DNA from: Propionibacteriaceae bacterium
Lineage (GTDB): Bacteria > Actinomycetota > Actinomycetes > Propionibacteriales > Propionibacteriaceae
Assembly: GCA_031256725.1 (NCBI GenBank)
Contig: JAIRQE010000013.1
Coordinates: 1 to 32,000 of the forward strand
Reading direction: 5' to 3'
DNA length: 32,000 nt
Below the pieces are notes generated by a model. The model saw only the letters and a list, made by a program, of their open reading frames with translations, had not been told where the DNA came from and made no database searches. The position numbers and the translations under genes are program-made. Position 1 is the first letter of the stretch. Each line of letters starts with the position of its first letter. This document shows, piece after piece, positions 19,920-29,011 of this stretch.

Positions 19920-20459
19920 ATGAACGACGCAGGTGATTTTAGCCAAGAGGCTCTTTTTGAGGGTGACTTCTCCGCAGTAGGTGAAGATGTGGGGTACAGG
20001 GGACCTGTCGCATGTGCGGCAGTGGGGATCACCTATCGCCAACTCGATTATTGGGCCCGTACAGGCTTAGTGGTACCACAAATCAGAATCGCCGAGGGGT
20101 CAGGTACCCAGCGACTCTATAGTTTCAGGGATCTTCTGTTCCTGAAGGTCATCAAAAGACTCATTGACACGGGTATCTCCCTACAGCAGATCCGTTTGGC
20201 GATCTCTCATCTACGCTCACGTGGCCAGATCGATATTACAGCCATCACTTTAGTCTCCGATGGTACCTCTGTTTTTGAATGTACCCAGGATGACGAGATC
20301 ATTGATCTCGTTAAGGGAGGCCAAGCGATGTTTGCCATTGATCTTGCTGGGGTCTGGCATGACATCGAAGGTACCTTAGTCGAACTTCCTACGAATCGTG
20401 CCGATGAGGTGTGGATTGATGAGTTGAGCCAGAGACGTCAAGCCCGACGAACTGCATAG
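19920..20459 (+). CDS. MerR-family regulator (Rv1830-like)
   Basis: HTH AAVGITYRQLDYWARTGLVVP..GSGTQRLYSFRDLLFLKVIKRLIDTGISLQQIR. It sits immediately upstream of gcvP. Confidence 0.8.
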   Translation: MNDAGDFSQEALFEGDFSAVGEDVGYRGPVACAAVGITYRQLDYWARTGLVVPQIRIAEGSGTQRLYSFRDLLFLKVIKRLIDTGISLQQIRLAISHLRSRGQIDITAITLVSDGTSVFECTQDDEIIDLVKGGQAMFAIDLAGVWHDIEGTLVELPTNRADEVWIDELSQRRQARRTA

Positions 20460-20505
20460 ACCTTGTGTCCTATATCATGAGGTAGACACTTGTGAAAGGG
20501 TTAGA

Positions 20506-23325
20506 ATGTCTTTTCTAGATCGACACCTCGGCATGAACGAGGATGATCGTGCCAAGGCTTTAGCAGTAATAGGCGCCAGCAGTCCAGAAGACCTCATTTC
20601 TTCAGCCTTGCCACCAGAAATCCTTGCGATACATCGCATCAAACTGCCGTCGGCTCGAAGCGAAGTCGAGGTTGGAGAAACGCTGGCTCATTTGGCTTCC
20701 CGCAATGCCAAGGTTGTACCCATGTACGGAATGGGCTACTGGCCCACTGTGACACCTGCAGTTATCAGGAGAAATATCCTGGAAAATCCGGCCTGGTACA
20801 CCGCCTATACTCCCTATCAACCGGAGATTTCTCAGGGTCGTCTTGAGGCACTCATGGTCTTCCAAACGATGGTGTCTGATCTCATGGCTCTTCCCATCGC
20901 CAGCGCTTCCCTTCTTGATGAAGCAACCGCAGTTGCTGAAGCAGTCGCTTTGGCACGACGAAGTGTGAAAAATGGAGAAACCTGTCTTATCGATTCTCGT
21001 GTGTTTCCCACAAGTATTGATGTTGTTCGTACCCGTGCGCAGGCTATAGGAATACCCATTAAGGTCTGCGAAGATCTTGCTTCCGCAATTGAGGCCTCTG
21101 ATCCCTTCTGTGTGGTTCTTGCACAGATGGGTGTTCAAGGTGAGCTTCGCTCGCAAGCAGAATTGAGGGCCATAACCCAGGCCGCCCATGCTAAGGGCGC
21201 CTTGGTTGTTGCAACCTCGGATCTTCTGGCTGCGACGATGATCAGTCCACCTGGAGCCTGGGAAGCCGATGTGGCTGTTGGATCTGCGGGACGTTGCGGG
21301 ATTCCTCTGTGGTACGGCGGGCCTTCGGCGGGTTTCATAGCCGTACGACAAGGTCTTGAACGCCAGATTCCCGGTCGTCTCGTAGGGCAATCCAAGGATG
21401 CTGATGGCCTGACAGCATACAGGTTGTCTCTCCAGACACGAGAGCAACATATTCGCCGTGAGAAGGCCACCTCCAATATTTGTACGGCCCAAGTCCTCCT
21501 AGCGGTTGCTGCCGGATTCTATGGAATCTGGCATGGGCCTGAGGGGTTGCGTGACATTGCAGAAAAGATTCACACCCAAGCTTCACGATTTGCTGACGCC
21601 GCTGTGGCTTCAGGATATTCCCTGGTGAGCGAGGATTTCTTTGACACCGTTGTTCTCAAATCACGTGGACATGCTAGGGATCTTGTTGCTCGGGCACGGG
21701 TCTTCGGTCTTGGATTGAGAGAAGTGAGCGATGATTGTGTGGGAGTGACCTTTGGTGAGGGGATCTCTGATGAGGTCATGGATTCCCTGGCAGAGGTCTT
21801 TGGCTTAGCTGATTCTGGTGAACCAAGAAATCATCTTGGCGATCATACGAGGCAGATGGATTTCCTTCACCACCCGGTTTTCTCCAGCTACCGCTCAGAA
21901 ACATCAATGATGCGTTATATGCGTACCCTGGCAGATAAGGATTACGCTCTGGATCGGGGGATGATTCCCTTGGGTTCCTGCACGATGAAGCTCAACCCTG
22001 CTGTAGCCATGGAGACCATCAGTCTGGAAGGCTTTGCATCCATCCATCCCTATGCGACACCTCAGGATGCGATCGGCTACCAGATGATGATGGACGATCT
22101 CACTAAATGGCTTGTCGAGATTACGGGGTTCGATGCCTTGAGTTTCCAGCCCAATGCTGGCTCTCAGGGTGAGTTTGCAGGGCTGATGGCCATGAGAAGG
22201 TACCACGAGGCTAGGGGAGACTTTGACCGTCGGATATGCCTGATCCCCACCTCAGCACATGGTACAAATGCGGCTTCAGCAGCCATGGCTGGGCTGACAG
22301 TGGTACCCGTGGCTGTGGGAGCAGACGGGTCTGTGGACCTTGATGATCTCAAGGCCAAGATGGAAACCTATCCTTCACAGGTAGCCGCAGTGATGGTCAC
22401 CTATCCCTCCACCCATGGTGTCTTTGAAACCACGATTCGTGAGATTTCCGAGATAGTACACGCTGGCGGCGGCCAGGTCTATGTCGACGGAGCCAATTTC
22501 AATGCTCTTGTGGGCTTAGTACGCCTAGGAGACCTGGGTGCTGATGCCAGCCATCTCAACCTGCACAAGACCTTTGCCTCTCCACATGGTGGTGGCGGCC
22601 CTGGGGTGGGCCCTGTGGCTGTGAAACACCATCTGGCTGAGTTTCTGCCTGGACATGAACTTCTGGGGGGCTCAGAAGGTGCTGTGGCGGGAGCACCCTA
22701 TGGTTCAGCTGGTATTCTTCCGATTACCTATGCCTATATCGCTCTCATGGGAGCAGAGGGACTCCGAAGGGCCACAGTTGATGCGATTATTGCAGCCAAC
22801 TATGTGTCGACTCGTCTCAAAGATGCTTTCCCGACGCTGTATGTAGGCGCAAACTCTAGAGTTGCCCACGAATGCATCCTTGATCTTCGATCCATCACCC
22901 ATGATGCAGGTCTGAGTGTTGACGATGTGGCGAAGAGGTTGATCGACTATGGATTCCATGCACCCACGATGAGTTTCCCCGTTCCAGGTACCCTCATGGT
23001 TGAGCCCACGGAATCGGAATCTTTCCAAGAACTGGATCGTTTCTGTGACGCAATGATTGCTATTCGCGCAGAGATTGATGGGGTTGCTGAGGGGAGATGG
23101 CCGGCTGAAGATAATCCACTTCACAATGCTCCCCACCCTGCACATCGTCTCCTAGAGGATTGGGATCATCCTTATTCTCGCGAAGAAGCCTGTTTCCCTG
23201 CAGGAGTACCATCAGGACCAACATTGGGTGGTGAACCCAGTAAGTACTGGCCCCCTGTTGCCCGTATCGATGGGATCTACGGGGATCGCAACCTGGTGTT
23301 GACCTTAGGTGACGAACTGGCGTAG
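20506..23325 (+). CDS. gcvP: glycine dehydrogenase (decarboxylating), single-chain P protein
   Basis: 939 aa. YTPYQPEISQGRLEAL is present, along with the PLP-lysine region HLNLHKTFASPHGGGGPG. Confidence 0.95.
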   Translation: MSFLDRHLGMNEDDRAKALAVIGASSPEDLISSALPPEILAIHRIKLPSARSEVEVGETLAHLASRNAKVVPMYGMGYWPTVTPAVIRRNILENPAWYTAYTPYQPEISQGRLEALMVFQTMVSDLMALPIASASLLDEATAVAEAVALARRSVKNGETCLIDSRVFPTSIDVVRTRAQAIGIPIKVCEDLASAIEASDPFCVVLAQMGVQGELRSQAELRAITQAAHAKGALVVATSDLLAATMISPPGAWEADVAVGSAGRCGIPLWYGGPSAGFIAVRQGLERQIPGRLVGQSKDADGLTAYRLSLQTREQHIRREKATSNICTAQVLLAVAAGFYGIWHGPEGLRDIAEKIHTQASRFADAAVASGYSLVSEDFFDTVVLKSRGHARDLVARARVFGLGLREVSDDCVGVTFGEGISDEVMDSLAEVFGLADSGEPRNHLGDHTRQMDFLHHPVFSSYRSETSMMRYMRTLADKDYALDRGMIPLGSCTMKLNPAVAMETISLEGFASIHPYATPQDAIGYQMMMDDLTKWLVEITGFDALSFQPNAGSQGEFAGLMAMRRYHEARGDFDRRICLIPTSAHGTNAASAAMAGLTVVPVAVGADGSVDLDDLKAKMETYPSQVAAVMVTYPSTHGVFETTIREISEIVHAGGGQVYVDGANFNALVGLVRLGDLGADASHLNLHKTFASPHGGGGPGVGPVAVKHHLAEFLPGHELLGGSEGAVAGAPYGSAGILPITYAYIALMGAEGLRRATVDAIIAANYVSTRLKDAFPTLYVGANSRVAHECILDLRSITHDAGLSVDDVAKRLIDYGFHAPTMSFPVPGTLMVEPTESESFQELDRFCDAMIAIRAEIDGVAEGRWPAEDNPLHNAPHPAHRLLEDWDHPYSREEACFPAGVPSGPTLGGEPSKYWPPVARIDGIYGDRNLVLTLGDELA

Positions 23326-24057
23326 AGCACCAGCGAAGATCTCAGGTTCATCTGCGTGTACCCAATGGCTGGCTCCCTTGACACGAATGTGGCGAGTGAG
23401 AGGGAAGAGGGCCTTCATTGATGAGGGATCTGGGGTGACGTGTGTGGATTCACTTCCTGTGATCCACATGACTGGGCGATCATAGACTCCTGAGATTTCA
23501 GGCCATGTACCCACATGAGCGAGATCCCGCCTCAGTACTTCAAGGTTGAAAATCCACTTCCACTCGCCTTGAGAGTCCAATCTGAGACTCTGAAGGAGGA
23601 AGTCAAGGATACGCTCATCACGGATACTTCTATAGAGGATTTCTCTGGCCTCTTTCCGAGAGCCCAAAAGTGCTCGGGGGAGTTGAGTCATGGCATCCGC
23701 ATAGATTTGCAGGTCATTGTCGAGTATGGATATAGGTTGGGTGTCTTCCACAACAAGGCGTTCCACCTTCTCAGGGTGGGTCAGGGCAGTCAACATGGCG
23801 AGACGCCCACCCATGGAGTGGCCCACGAGACATACCGGTTTGTCTAGGGTGGATAGAAGCCCAGCGAGGCTTTCAGCCATATCACTGTAGGAAAAATGCG
23901 TAGTCCACGGTGAGTCACCATGATTGGGGAGGTCAACCATCAAAGATGAGAAGGGCTGAAGCTGTCTAGCTATTCCCGTCCAATTGCGTCCACGACCAAA
24001 CAGGCCATGCAGAAAGAGGAAACGATAGGGGGGAGATCCCATGGGGGTAAGAATCAT
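23305..24057 (-). CDS. alpha/beta-fold hydrolase
   Basis: Nucleophile elbow VGHSMGG, an HGLFG oxyanion-like N-terminus and a late GASHWVHADEP. Preferred ATG 24057 forms an ATGA overlap with the upstream stop (24054-24056); the track start is 24075. The 3' end overlaps the gcvP 3' end by 21 nt (convergent). Confidence 0.8.
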   Translation of the reverse strand: MILTPMGSPPYRFLFLHGLFGRGRNWTGIARQLQPFSSLMVDLPNHGDSPWTTHFSYSDMAESLAGLLSTLDKPVCLVGHSMGGRLAMLTALTHPEKVERLVVEDTQPISILDNDLQIYADAMTQLPRALLGSRKEAREILYRSIRDERILDFLLQSLRLDSQGEWKWIFNLEVLRRDLAHVGTWPEISGVYDRPVMWITGSESTHVTPDPSSMKALFPLTRHIRVKGASHWVHADEPEIFAGALRQFVT

Positions 24058-24326
24058 GATCGCCTCTGCCAACATCCGCTATGCCAATGGCGGCGGTCAT
24101 CAACAGCGCGATCCGATCCAAGGCTGGGGGTATCAGGCCAGGCAACAATGTGCGCAGTGCCTTCAGGGATGGATGTCAAGCATTCAGGACACCGATACAC
24201 CTTAGTAGCTGTTGCCCCAGCGACAGGGCGTACGATCCAACGACCATCGCTCTTCGTCTCAGCGTGGGGATGACTAGAGCCAAGAGGTCGTGGAGGACGG
24301 GTATGTTTGGAAATTCTGCGTGCCAC
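24054..24326 (-). CDS. small conserved-looking hypothetical protein with CxxC ... HxHxxC (zinc-ribbon-like), 90 aa
   Basis: The GTG start (24326) abuts the TAG of the upstream adenosyltransferase gene, and its TGA overlaps the hydrolase ATG. Contains YRCPEC and RRHWHSGCW. The call rests on this tight coupling, not on a recognised family. Confidence 0.6.
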   Translation of the reverse strand: MARRISKHTRPPRPLGSSHPHAETKSDGRWIVRPVAGATATKVYRCPECLTSIPEGTAHIVAWPDTPSLGSDRAVDDRRHWHSGCWQRRS

Positions 24327-24902
24327 CTAGCCAGCCCCTCGTGATTGGGCAGGTACCCAGAGTACCTCGTCCTTGTTGGCTTGGAGGTTGATATAGCGCC
24401 CTAAAATGAATAAGAGGTCTGAGAGGCGATTAAGGTATTGGATGGCGATTGGGTTCACCTCATGGGTTTTTGCGGCCTCCCAAGCGGCTCTCTCCCCGCG
24501 GCGTACAACTGTACGGGCGAGGTTGAGATAGGCTGCGGCTGGTGTACCTCCAGGGAGAAGGAAAGATCGAAGGGGCGGAAGATCGGCTCCGAAAGAATCA
24601 CACCAGGATTCAAGTTGGTCGACCCACTCGGATTCGACCCTCAAAGCTGGGCCGTCGATATCCATGGGGGTGGACAGATCAGCACCACAATCAAAGAGAT
24701 CATTTTGAATCCTCATGAGGACTGTTGAGACCTCAGGGCTTAACTCACCAAGGGCCACGATAATGCCGATCAAAGAATTGGTCTCGTCGACGGTACCATA
24801 GGCTTCAATACGTGGATCTGACTTAGATACTTCACAATTATTCGCAAGCCTTGTGGTACCCTTGTCTCCGGTTCGGGTATATATCCGAGTTAGGTTCACC
24901 AT
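24327..24902 (-). CDS. PduO-type ATP:cob(I)alamin adenosyltransferase
   Basis: MVNLTRIYTRTGDKGTT is the hallmark N-terminus, so the start is set at ATG 24902 (track start 24950). The helical bundle remainder includes IAIQYLNRLSDLLF. Confidence 0.85.
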   Translation of the reverse strand: MVNLTRIYTRTGDKGTTRLANNCEVSKSDPRIEAYGTVDETNSLIGIIVALGELSPEVSTVLMRIQNDLFDCGADLSTPMDIDGPALRVESEWVDQLESWCDSFGADLPPLRSFLLPGGTPAAAYLNLARTVVRRGERAAWEAAKTHEVNPIAIQYLNRLSDLLFILGRYINLQANKDEVLWVPAQSRGAG

Positions 24903-24935
24903 AGATGACAGCCTAGCAATATGGGAAGGTAGTTC

Positions 24936-25604
24936 ATGAAAGCCAAGCATTTAATCATTTCGATTCTCTTTGTAACTGTTGGTCTGTCGGGCTGTTCAGA
25001 GCCCACACAAACCGAGGCTCCTCCTGTGGATAGCCCTCAAGGCGATGCAGTGACCTGTGTATATACACCTGATGGACCTGCAGCCAAGACTGTTGAACTG
25101 CCACCATCGACCCCAGCGACCACAGGTGTACTGTCGGCAACCTTGCACATGGAAGCTGGTGATGTCACGATGACCTTGGATCGTGCAAAAACTCCTTGTG
25201 CAGTTGGTTCCTTCGAGTCTTTGGTGAAGCAAGGCTACTTTGATGACACCAAATGCCATCGCTTGGCGCTTGGCTTCGTACTCCAGTGTGGGGATCCCAC
25301 AGCCACAGGTCGTGGCGGGCCTGGCTATTCTTTCGCAGACGAACTCACGGGTACGGAAACCTATCCCATGGGCACTGTCGCAATGGCTAATGCTGGCCCA
25401 GATACTAATGGATCACAATTCTTCATCATGATCGCTGAGGGGATTCAGCTCGACCCAGCCTATGTGGTTATGGGTACGGTTGATAAGGCTTCCATGGAGG
25501 TCATCATGAACGGGATCGTGGCTGGCGGTGTCGAAGACCCATCGAACGCCATGGGAAGCCCGCCCAATGTTGGTGGTGGGATCACATCAGTCACCTTGAA
25601 CTAG
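24936..25604 (+). CDS. cyclophilin-type peptidyl-prolyl cis-trans isomerase, lipoprotein
   Basis: Signal peptide with lipobox ILFVTVGLSGC. Cyclophilin motifs FHRL-like CHRLALGFVLQCGDP, GGPGYSFADE and MANAGPDTNGSQFFI. Confidence 0.85.
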   Translation: MKAKHLIISILFVTVGLSGCSEPTQTEAPPVDSPQGDAVTCVYTPDGPAAKTVELPPSTPATTGVLSATLHMEAGDVTMTLDRAKTPCAVGSFESLVKQGYFDDTKCHRLALGFVLQCGDPTATGRGGPGYSFADELTGTETYPMGTVAMANAGPDTNGSQFFIMIAEGIQLDPAYVVMGTVDKASMEVIMNGIVAGGVEDPSNAMGSPPNVGGGITSVTLN

Positions 25605-25610
25605 CCATTC

Positions 25611-26294
25611 ATGCGCCTACTCATTGCCACCTGTCAGGTGGATTACACCGGGCGACTCACAGCCCATCTACCGATGGCCAAGAGGCTGGTGATGGTGAAG
25701 TCCGATGGGTCAGTCTCCATTCATAGCGACGGGGGAGCTTACAAGCCCCTGAATTGGATGGCTGCCCCCTGTAGCATGGTGGTTGAGCATGAACCAGACG
25801 ATGACTGTCTGCACGAAATCTGGACTGTCACAAACAAGGGTTCCGATCTTTTGAGAATCCTGATCAAAGACGTGGAGTCGGATAGCCTCTATGAGCTTGG
25901 TACAGATCCAGGATTAGAGAAGGATGGGGTTGAGAAACATCTTCAAGAGTTGCTTGCCGCTCATCCTGAACGTCTTCGAGCCGATTTGAGCTTGGTACAA
26001 CGGGAGTACCCCACCGCTATTGGACCAGTTGATTTGATGTGTCGATCAACAGCGAAAACATATGTTGCCATTGAAGTGAAAAGGCGCGGAGAGATTGATG
26101 GGGTTGAGCAGTTGACCCGCTACCTTGAGCTTCTTCGACGTGACCCTCTTCTGGGTAGGGTTGAAGGAATCTTTGCTGCACAAATCATTAAGCCTCAGGC
26201 ACGGGTACTCGCCCAGGACCGAGGAATCCACTGTGTGGCCATTGATTATGACGAACTACGAGGAATAGAACCGAGCGAAGATCGCTTATTCTAG
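25611..26294 (+). CDS. nucS: endonuclease NucS (EndoMS mismatch endonuclease)
   Basis: [50 protein letters not shown] is the NucS N-domain. The C-terminal RecB-like region is [32 protein letters not shown]. Confidence 0.9.
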   Translation: MRLLIATCQVDYTGRLTAHLPMAKRLVMVKSDGSVSIHSDGGAYKPLNWMAAPCSMVVEHEPDDDCLHEIWTVTNKGSDLLRILIKDVESDSLYELGTDPGLEKDGVEKHLQELLAAHPERLRADLSLVQREYPTAIGPVDLMCRSTAKTYVAIEVKRRGEIDGVEQLTRYLELLRRDPLLGRVEGIFAAQIIKPQARVLAQDRGIHCVAIDYDELRGIEPSEDRLF

Positions 26295-27595
26295 CCCTGA
26301 TGAACCTCAGGAGTAGCCTCGACTACAGGAGCAGCTTCTGCAGCGGTTTCCTCCACAGCAGCAACCACGGATTCCATGATTGTCTCCTTGAGAGCCTCAG
26401 CAGCTGTTTCATCAACGACGACAGCGGCATCCTGATCCAGTTCGGCTGAAAGTTCAGCTTTCACCTCTTCAACAACCTCAGCGATTGTTGCTGCAGCGCC
26501 CTCGTCAGTGGGGAAGCTCACCTCAGGCAACTCAGCCCATTCGTCTTCACTGAATTGTGTAGCAGCGGCATTACCCAAACCAAAGAGGTTGCCCAGTTGC
26601 TGGGTGAGGGAGCGTTTGCGCTGCTGAAGAGCGGTGATGTCTGCTTGAAGTTTGCTACGGCGATTGGAGGCTTCAAGGGTTACCTGCTGTTGCATATCAG
26701 CGATCTCACGACGCGTGGTAGTGAGCAGTTGCTGGGCCTGGTTGGTCGCATCGCGACGGATCTGCTCAGCTTCGGCAACAGCAGTATTACGGATATTCGT
26801 AGCCAGTTGAGTTTCCTCCGCAAGTTTGGAGGCAGCCGCTTCTTGACGTGCAGCGATCTCTGCGAGAGCAGCAGCCTTGGCGGCCTGGGATTCCTCAAGA
26901 GACTTGTGAGCCTCAGAAACAAGGGTGTCGCGGGAGGTCTGAGCAGTTGCCAAAGACTGGGTAATGGCGAGTTCAGCTTCATTGTGAAGCTGCGTGGCAT
27001 GGCGCTGGGCACTCTCAACAATAGCTTGAGCTTCTTGGCGAGCTTGGGCAACGAGAGCCTCAGCATGACCTTGAGCTGCTGCGAGAGAGGCATCGGAATC
27101 AGCTTTAGAGCGATCCAAGATTCCTTGGATCTCTCTCATCTGCTGCTCGCGCATCTGAGTCAGATCCTCCATCGCTGTCGAGCGCAGACCGTCTACTTCG
27201 CGTTGACCAGCAGAACGGAGCTCCTGGGCTGCAGTCGTTGCCTCTGCGGTAATCCTTTGAGCTTCACGCATGGCTGTTGACATGATCTCGTCAGCCTTAG
27301 CCTGGGAGGCATGGAGAATCTGGGCAGCATGGCCAGAGAGGCGATCCACTTCGATTTCACCCGTACTTGCAGGTGCTCCGCCTTGCTGTTGCTGGGCCTG
27401 TTGGGCTTGCTCAGCGACTGCGGCAGCTTCCTTTGTTACCTGTGTGAGACGATGACGAAGAGAGACGATTCTCTCCTCAAGTCCACGGACATAGGCATCA
27501 ACTTGTACCTTGTCATAGCCACGCATCTGCGTCTGGAAGGTACCAGCAGCAGTCGCGTTGTCGTCGAACAGGTCCAATCCTTGATTGGTAGACAT
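26291..27595 (-). CDS. DivIVA-domain long coiled-coil protein with acidic C-terminal tail
   Basis: ATG 27595 follows GAGGAG; the track start is TTG 27610. The N-terminal DivIVA motif is [24 protein letters not shown]. About 300 aa of Ala/Gln/Glu-rich heptad-like sequence follows, then an Asp/Glu/Ala/Val-rich tail. Confidence 0.75.
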   Translation of the reverse strand: MSTNQGLDLFDDNATAAGTFQTQMRGYDKVQVDAYVRGLEERIVSLRHRLTQVTKEAAAVAEQAQQAQQQQGGAPASTGEIEVDRLSGHAAQILHASQAKADEIMSTAMREAQRITAEATTAAQELRSAGQREVDGLRSTAMEDLTQMREQQMREIQGILDRSKADSDASLAAAQGHAEALVAQARQEAQAIVESAQRHATQLHNEAELAITQSLATAQTSRDTLVSEAHKSLEESQAAKAAALAEIAARQEAAASKLAEETQLATNIRNTAVAEAEQIRRDATNQAQQLLTTTRREIADMQQQVTLEASNRRSKLQADITALQQRKRSLTQQLGNLFGLGNAAATQFSEDEWAELPEVSFPTDEGAAATIAEVVEEVKAELSAELDQDAAVVVDETAAEALKETIMESVVAAVEETAAEAAPVVEATPEVHQG

Positions 27596-27677
27596 GAATG
27601 CACTCCTCAAGAGTCAGCAGAACTCGCGTCGTGGCCTTAAAACCACAACTAAAGCGAGTCTACTTGATTATGTCGAT

Positions 27678-28127
27678 CTAGTGGGAATCCTGTGACGGTT
27701 CGACGATCTCAAGAAGGATTCCGCCGGTGTCTTTCGGATGTACAAATTGGATGCGCGAGCCGCCTGTACCAATCTTTGGGGTTTCGTACAGTAGGCGTAC
27801 TCCGCGTGAACGCAGAACTTCACTGACATGGTCAATGTCGGCCACACGATAGGCCACCTGTTGGATTCCACCGCGACCGCCATTGGAAGCAATGAACTTT
27901 CCGATGGTTGAATCCTCGGACAATGGGGCAAGCAACTGTACTTGGGCGGCTTCCCTCACCTGGTCGCCTGTACCAAGCATGGCTTCTTCGACACCTTGCT
28001 CCTCATTCGTTTCTCGGTGAAGGACACGGAATCCGAGTACCTCAGTGTGGAAGGCAATAGCGTCGTCAAGGTTTAGGACGGCATAACCAATGTGGTCAAT
28101 ACAAGTAAAAAGATCTGAGTTCTCCAT
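27678..28127 (-). CDS. VOC-family protein, methylmalonyl-CoA epimerase-like
   Basis: MENSDLFTCIDHIGYAVLNLDDAIAFHTEVLGF.. and ..GGIQQVAYRVADIDHV.., ..IQFVHPKDTGGILLEIVE form paired-BABBB VOC modules. The start is set at ATG 28127 (or GTG 28133). The track start 28229 extends through a tandem DNA repeat. Confidence 0.8.
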   Translation of the reverse strand: MENSDLFTCIDHIGYAVLNLDDAIAFHTEVLGFRVLHRETNEEQGVEEAMLGTGDQVREAAQVQLLAPLSEDSTIGKFIASNGGRGGIQQVAYRVADIDHVSEVLRSRGVRLLYETPKIGTGGSRIQFVHPKDTGGILLEIVEPSQDSH

Positions 28128-28201
28128 GCCCACTAGTTTTACACACTCATGGTGGCAGAAGCTAGCCCCATCTCGCGGTATAAACACATCCAGGAACTCT
28201 G

Positions 28202-28237
28202 TTGAAGACACGCGGACTATTGAAGACACGCGGACTA
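28202..28237. repeat. perfect 18-bp tandem duplication TTGAAGACACGCGGACTA x2, plus a decayed partial copy to ~28247
   Basis: Read directly: 28202-28219 and 28220-28237 are identical. It lies in the divergent spacer between the VOC gene (-) and the small TM protein gene (+). Confidence 0.95.
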
Positions 28238-28306
28238 TGAAGCGGGATTCCTTGTGTGTATTCGGGCATGATAGACGAAGGAAACTTAGCGAAAGAAGGC
28301 CCTTCC

Positions 28307-28471
28307 ATGTGGAAATGGATCACCCGGATAGTCGGTGTTATCATCATTGCCTTCGTGATCTTCTATGTCTTCACCCGTCCCGAAGAGTCAGCTGCGGCGG
28401 TTCGTACCTTCTTTGGGGCCTTTGATTCCCTCATCCGTTTCTTTGAGGCACTGGTCTCCAAGGGGGGGTAG
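28307..28471 (+). CDS. small single-pass membrane protein (54 aa)
   Basis: MWKWITRIVGVIIIAFVIFYVF is a TM helix, followed by an amphipathic tail. ATG 28307 lies about 7 nt after GAAGG. Its TAG abuts the ATG of the next gene. Alternative starts are 28256 and 28268. Confidence 0.5.
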   Translation: MWKWITRIVGVIIIAFVIFYVFTRPEESAAAVRTFFGAFDSLIRFFEALVSKGG

Positions 28472-29011
28472 ATGGGATCTCGTCCCTCTCTATTTGCCCC
28501 CGATGTTGAACGCTATCTCCTTGTAGATGAGGGGGAACAAATCGTTGATGAGGTGGTCAAACATCCGGTTTGCATGCTTTTCCCGACCCTCATTGCCGTC
28601 GTTGGCATTGCCATGATGGTGACTTCTTTCCTCCTTGGATCCTGGTGGTACCTCATGGTGGTTGTTGGGCTAGTCCTGTCTTTTATTGGCTTATGGAATT
28701 TTCACGTACAGTCCATGGATCGCTTCGTTATCACCAATATGCGTGTTTTTCGGGTGCATGGAATTGTCGAGCGGCACATCGCCACCATGCCACTGTCGCG
28801 AATCCTGGATATCGCCGTACTCCAACCCTTCTGGGGGATGATGCTCAACTACGGGCATTTCACCTTTGAGTCCGCGGCTGAATCCCAGGGACTACGGGAG
28901 ATCACATATGTGGCTGACCCCAATCGCCGAGACCTCACCATCCAGAAAGTCATTCAACGAGCAGGTGTACGAGCCGTCGCAGAAGCCCAGGATCTCGACG
29001 ACGGTTCTTAG
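28472..29011 (+). CDS. membrane protein with bacterial PH (bPH_2 / YdbS-like) domain
   Basis: Two adjacent TM helices (LFPTLIAVVGIAMMVTSFLLG, WWYLMVVVGLVLSFIGLW) are followed by RFVITNMRVFRVHGIVERHIATMPLSRILDIAV..YGHFTFES, the pattern of DUF304/bPH_2 proteins. Confidence 0.75.
   Translation: MGSRPSLFAPDVERYLLVDEGEQIVDEVVKHPVCMLFPTLIAVVGIAMMVTSFLLGSWWYLMVVVGLVLSFIGLWNFHVQSMDRFVITNMRVFRVHGIVERHIATMPLSRILDIAVLQPFWGMMLNYGHFTFESAAESQGLREITYVADPNRRDLTIQKVIQRAGVRAVAEAQDLDDGS

Noticed and set aside
19748-20505. Glycine riboswitch upstream of the MerR-gcvP unit or of gcvP itself
   Set aside because: No GGAGAG / ACCGAAGGGGCAA-like aptamer core is seen in the 172-nt or the 46-nt spacer, and the 46-nt spacer is too short.
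20602-21492. 296-aa ORF on the minus strand
   Set aside because: It is antisense to gcvP, whose frame is unambiguous. The product is Arg/Cys/Gly-rich and motif-free. It is a shadow ORF.
26555-27280. 241-aa plus-strand ORF, plus the 137-aa minus-strand ORF 26680..27093
   Set aside because: Both lie inside the coiled-coil gene. GCN/CAG/GAG-rich repeats stay open in other frames and on the opposite strand. The DivIVA N-terminus and a good RBS support only the 26291..27595 frame.
27622-27659. Nested inverted repeats ACTCGC..GTGG..CCAC..GCGAGT downstream of the VOC gene (possible terminator)
   Set aside because: The stems are short (6 + 4 bp) with an asymmetric internal loop, and no U-tract follows on the minus strand. 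This is too weak to call.
27678-28229. Full-length 183-aa version of the VOC/epimerase ORF
   Set aside because: The extra 34 N-terminal residues are translated from the intergenic tandem repeat and have no VOC-family counterpart. The family N-terminus (..IDHIGYAV..) fits the ATG at 28127.
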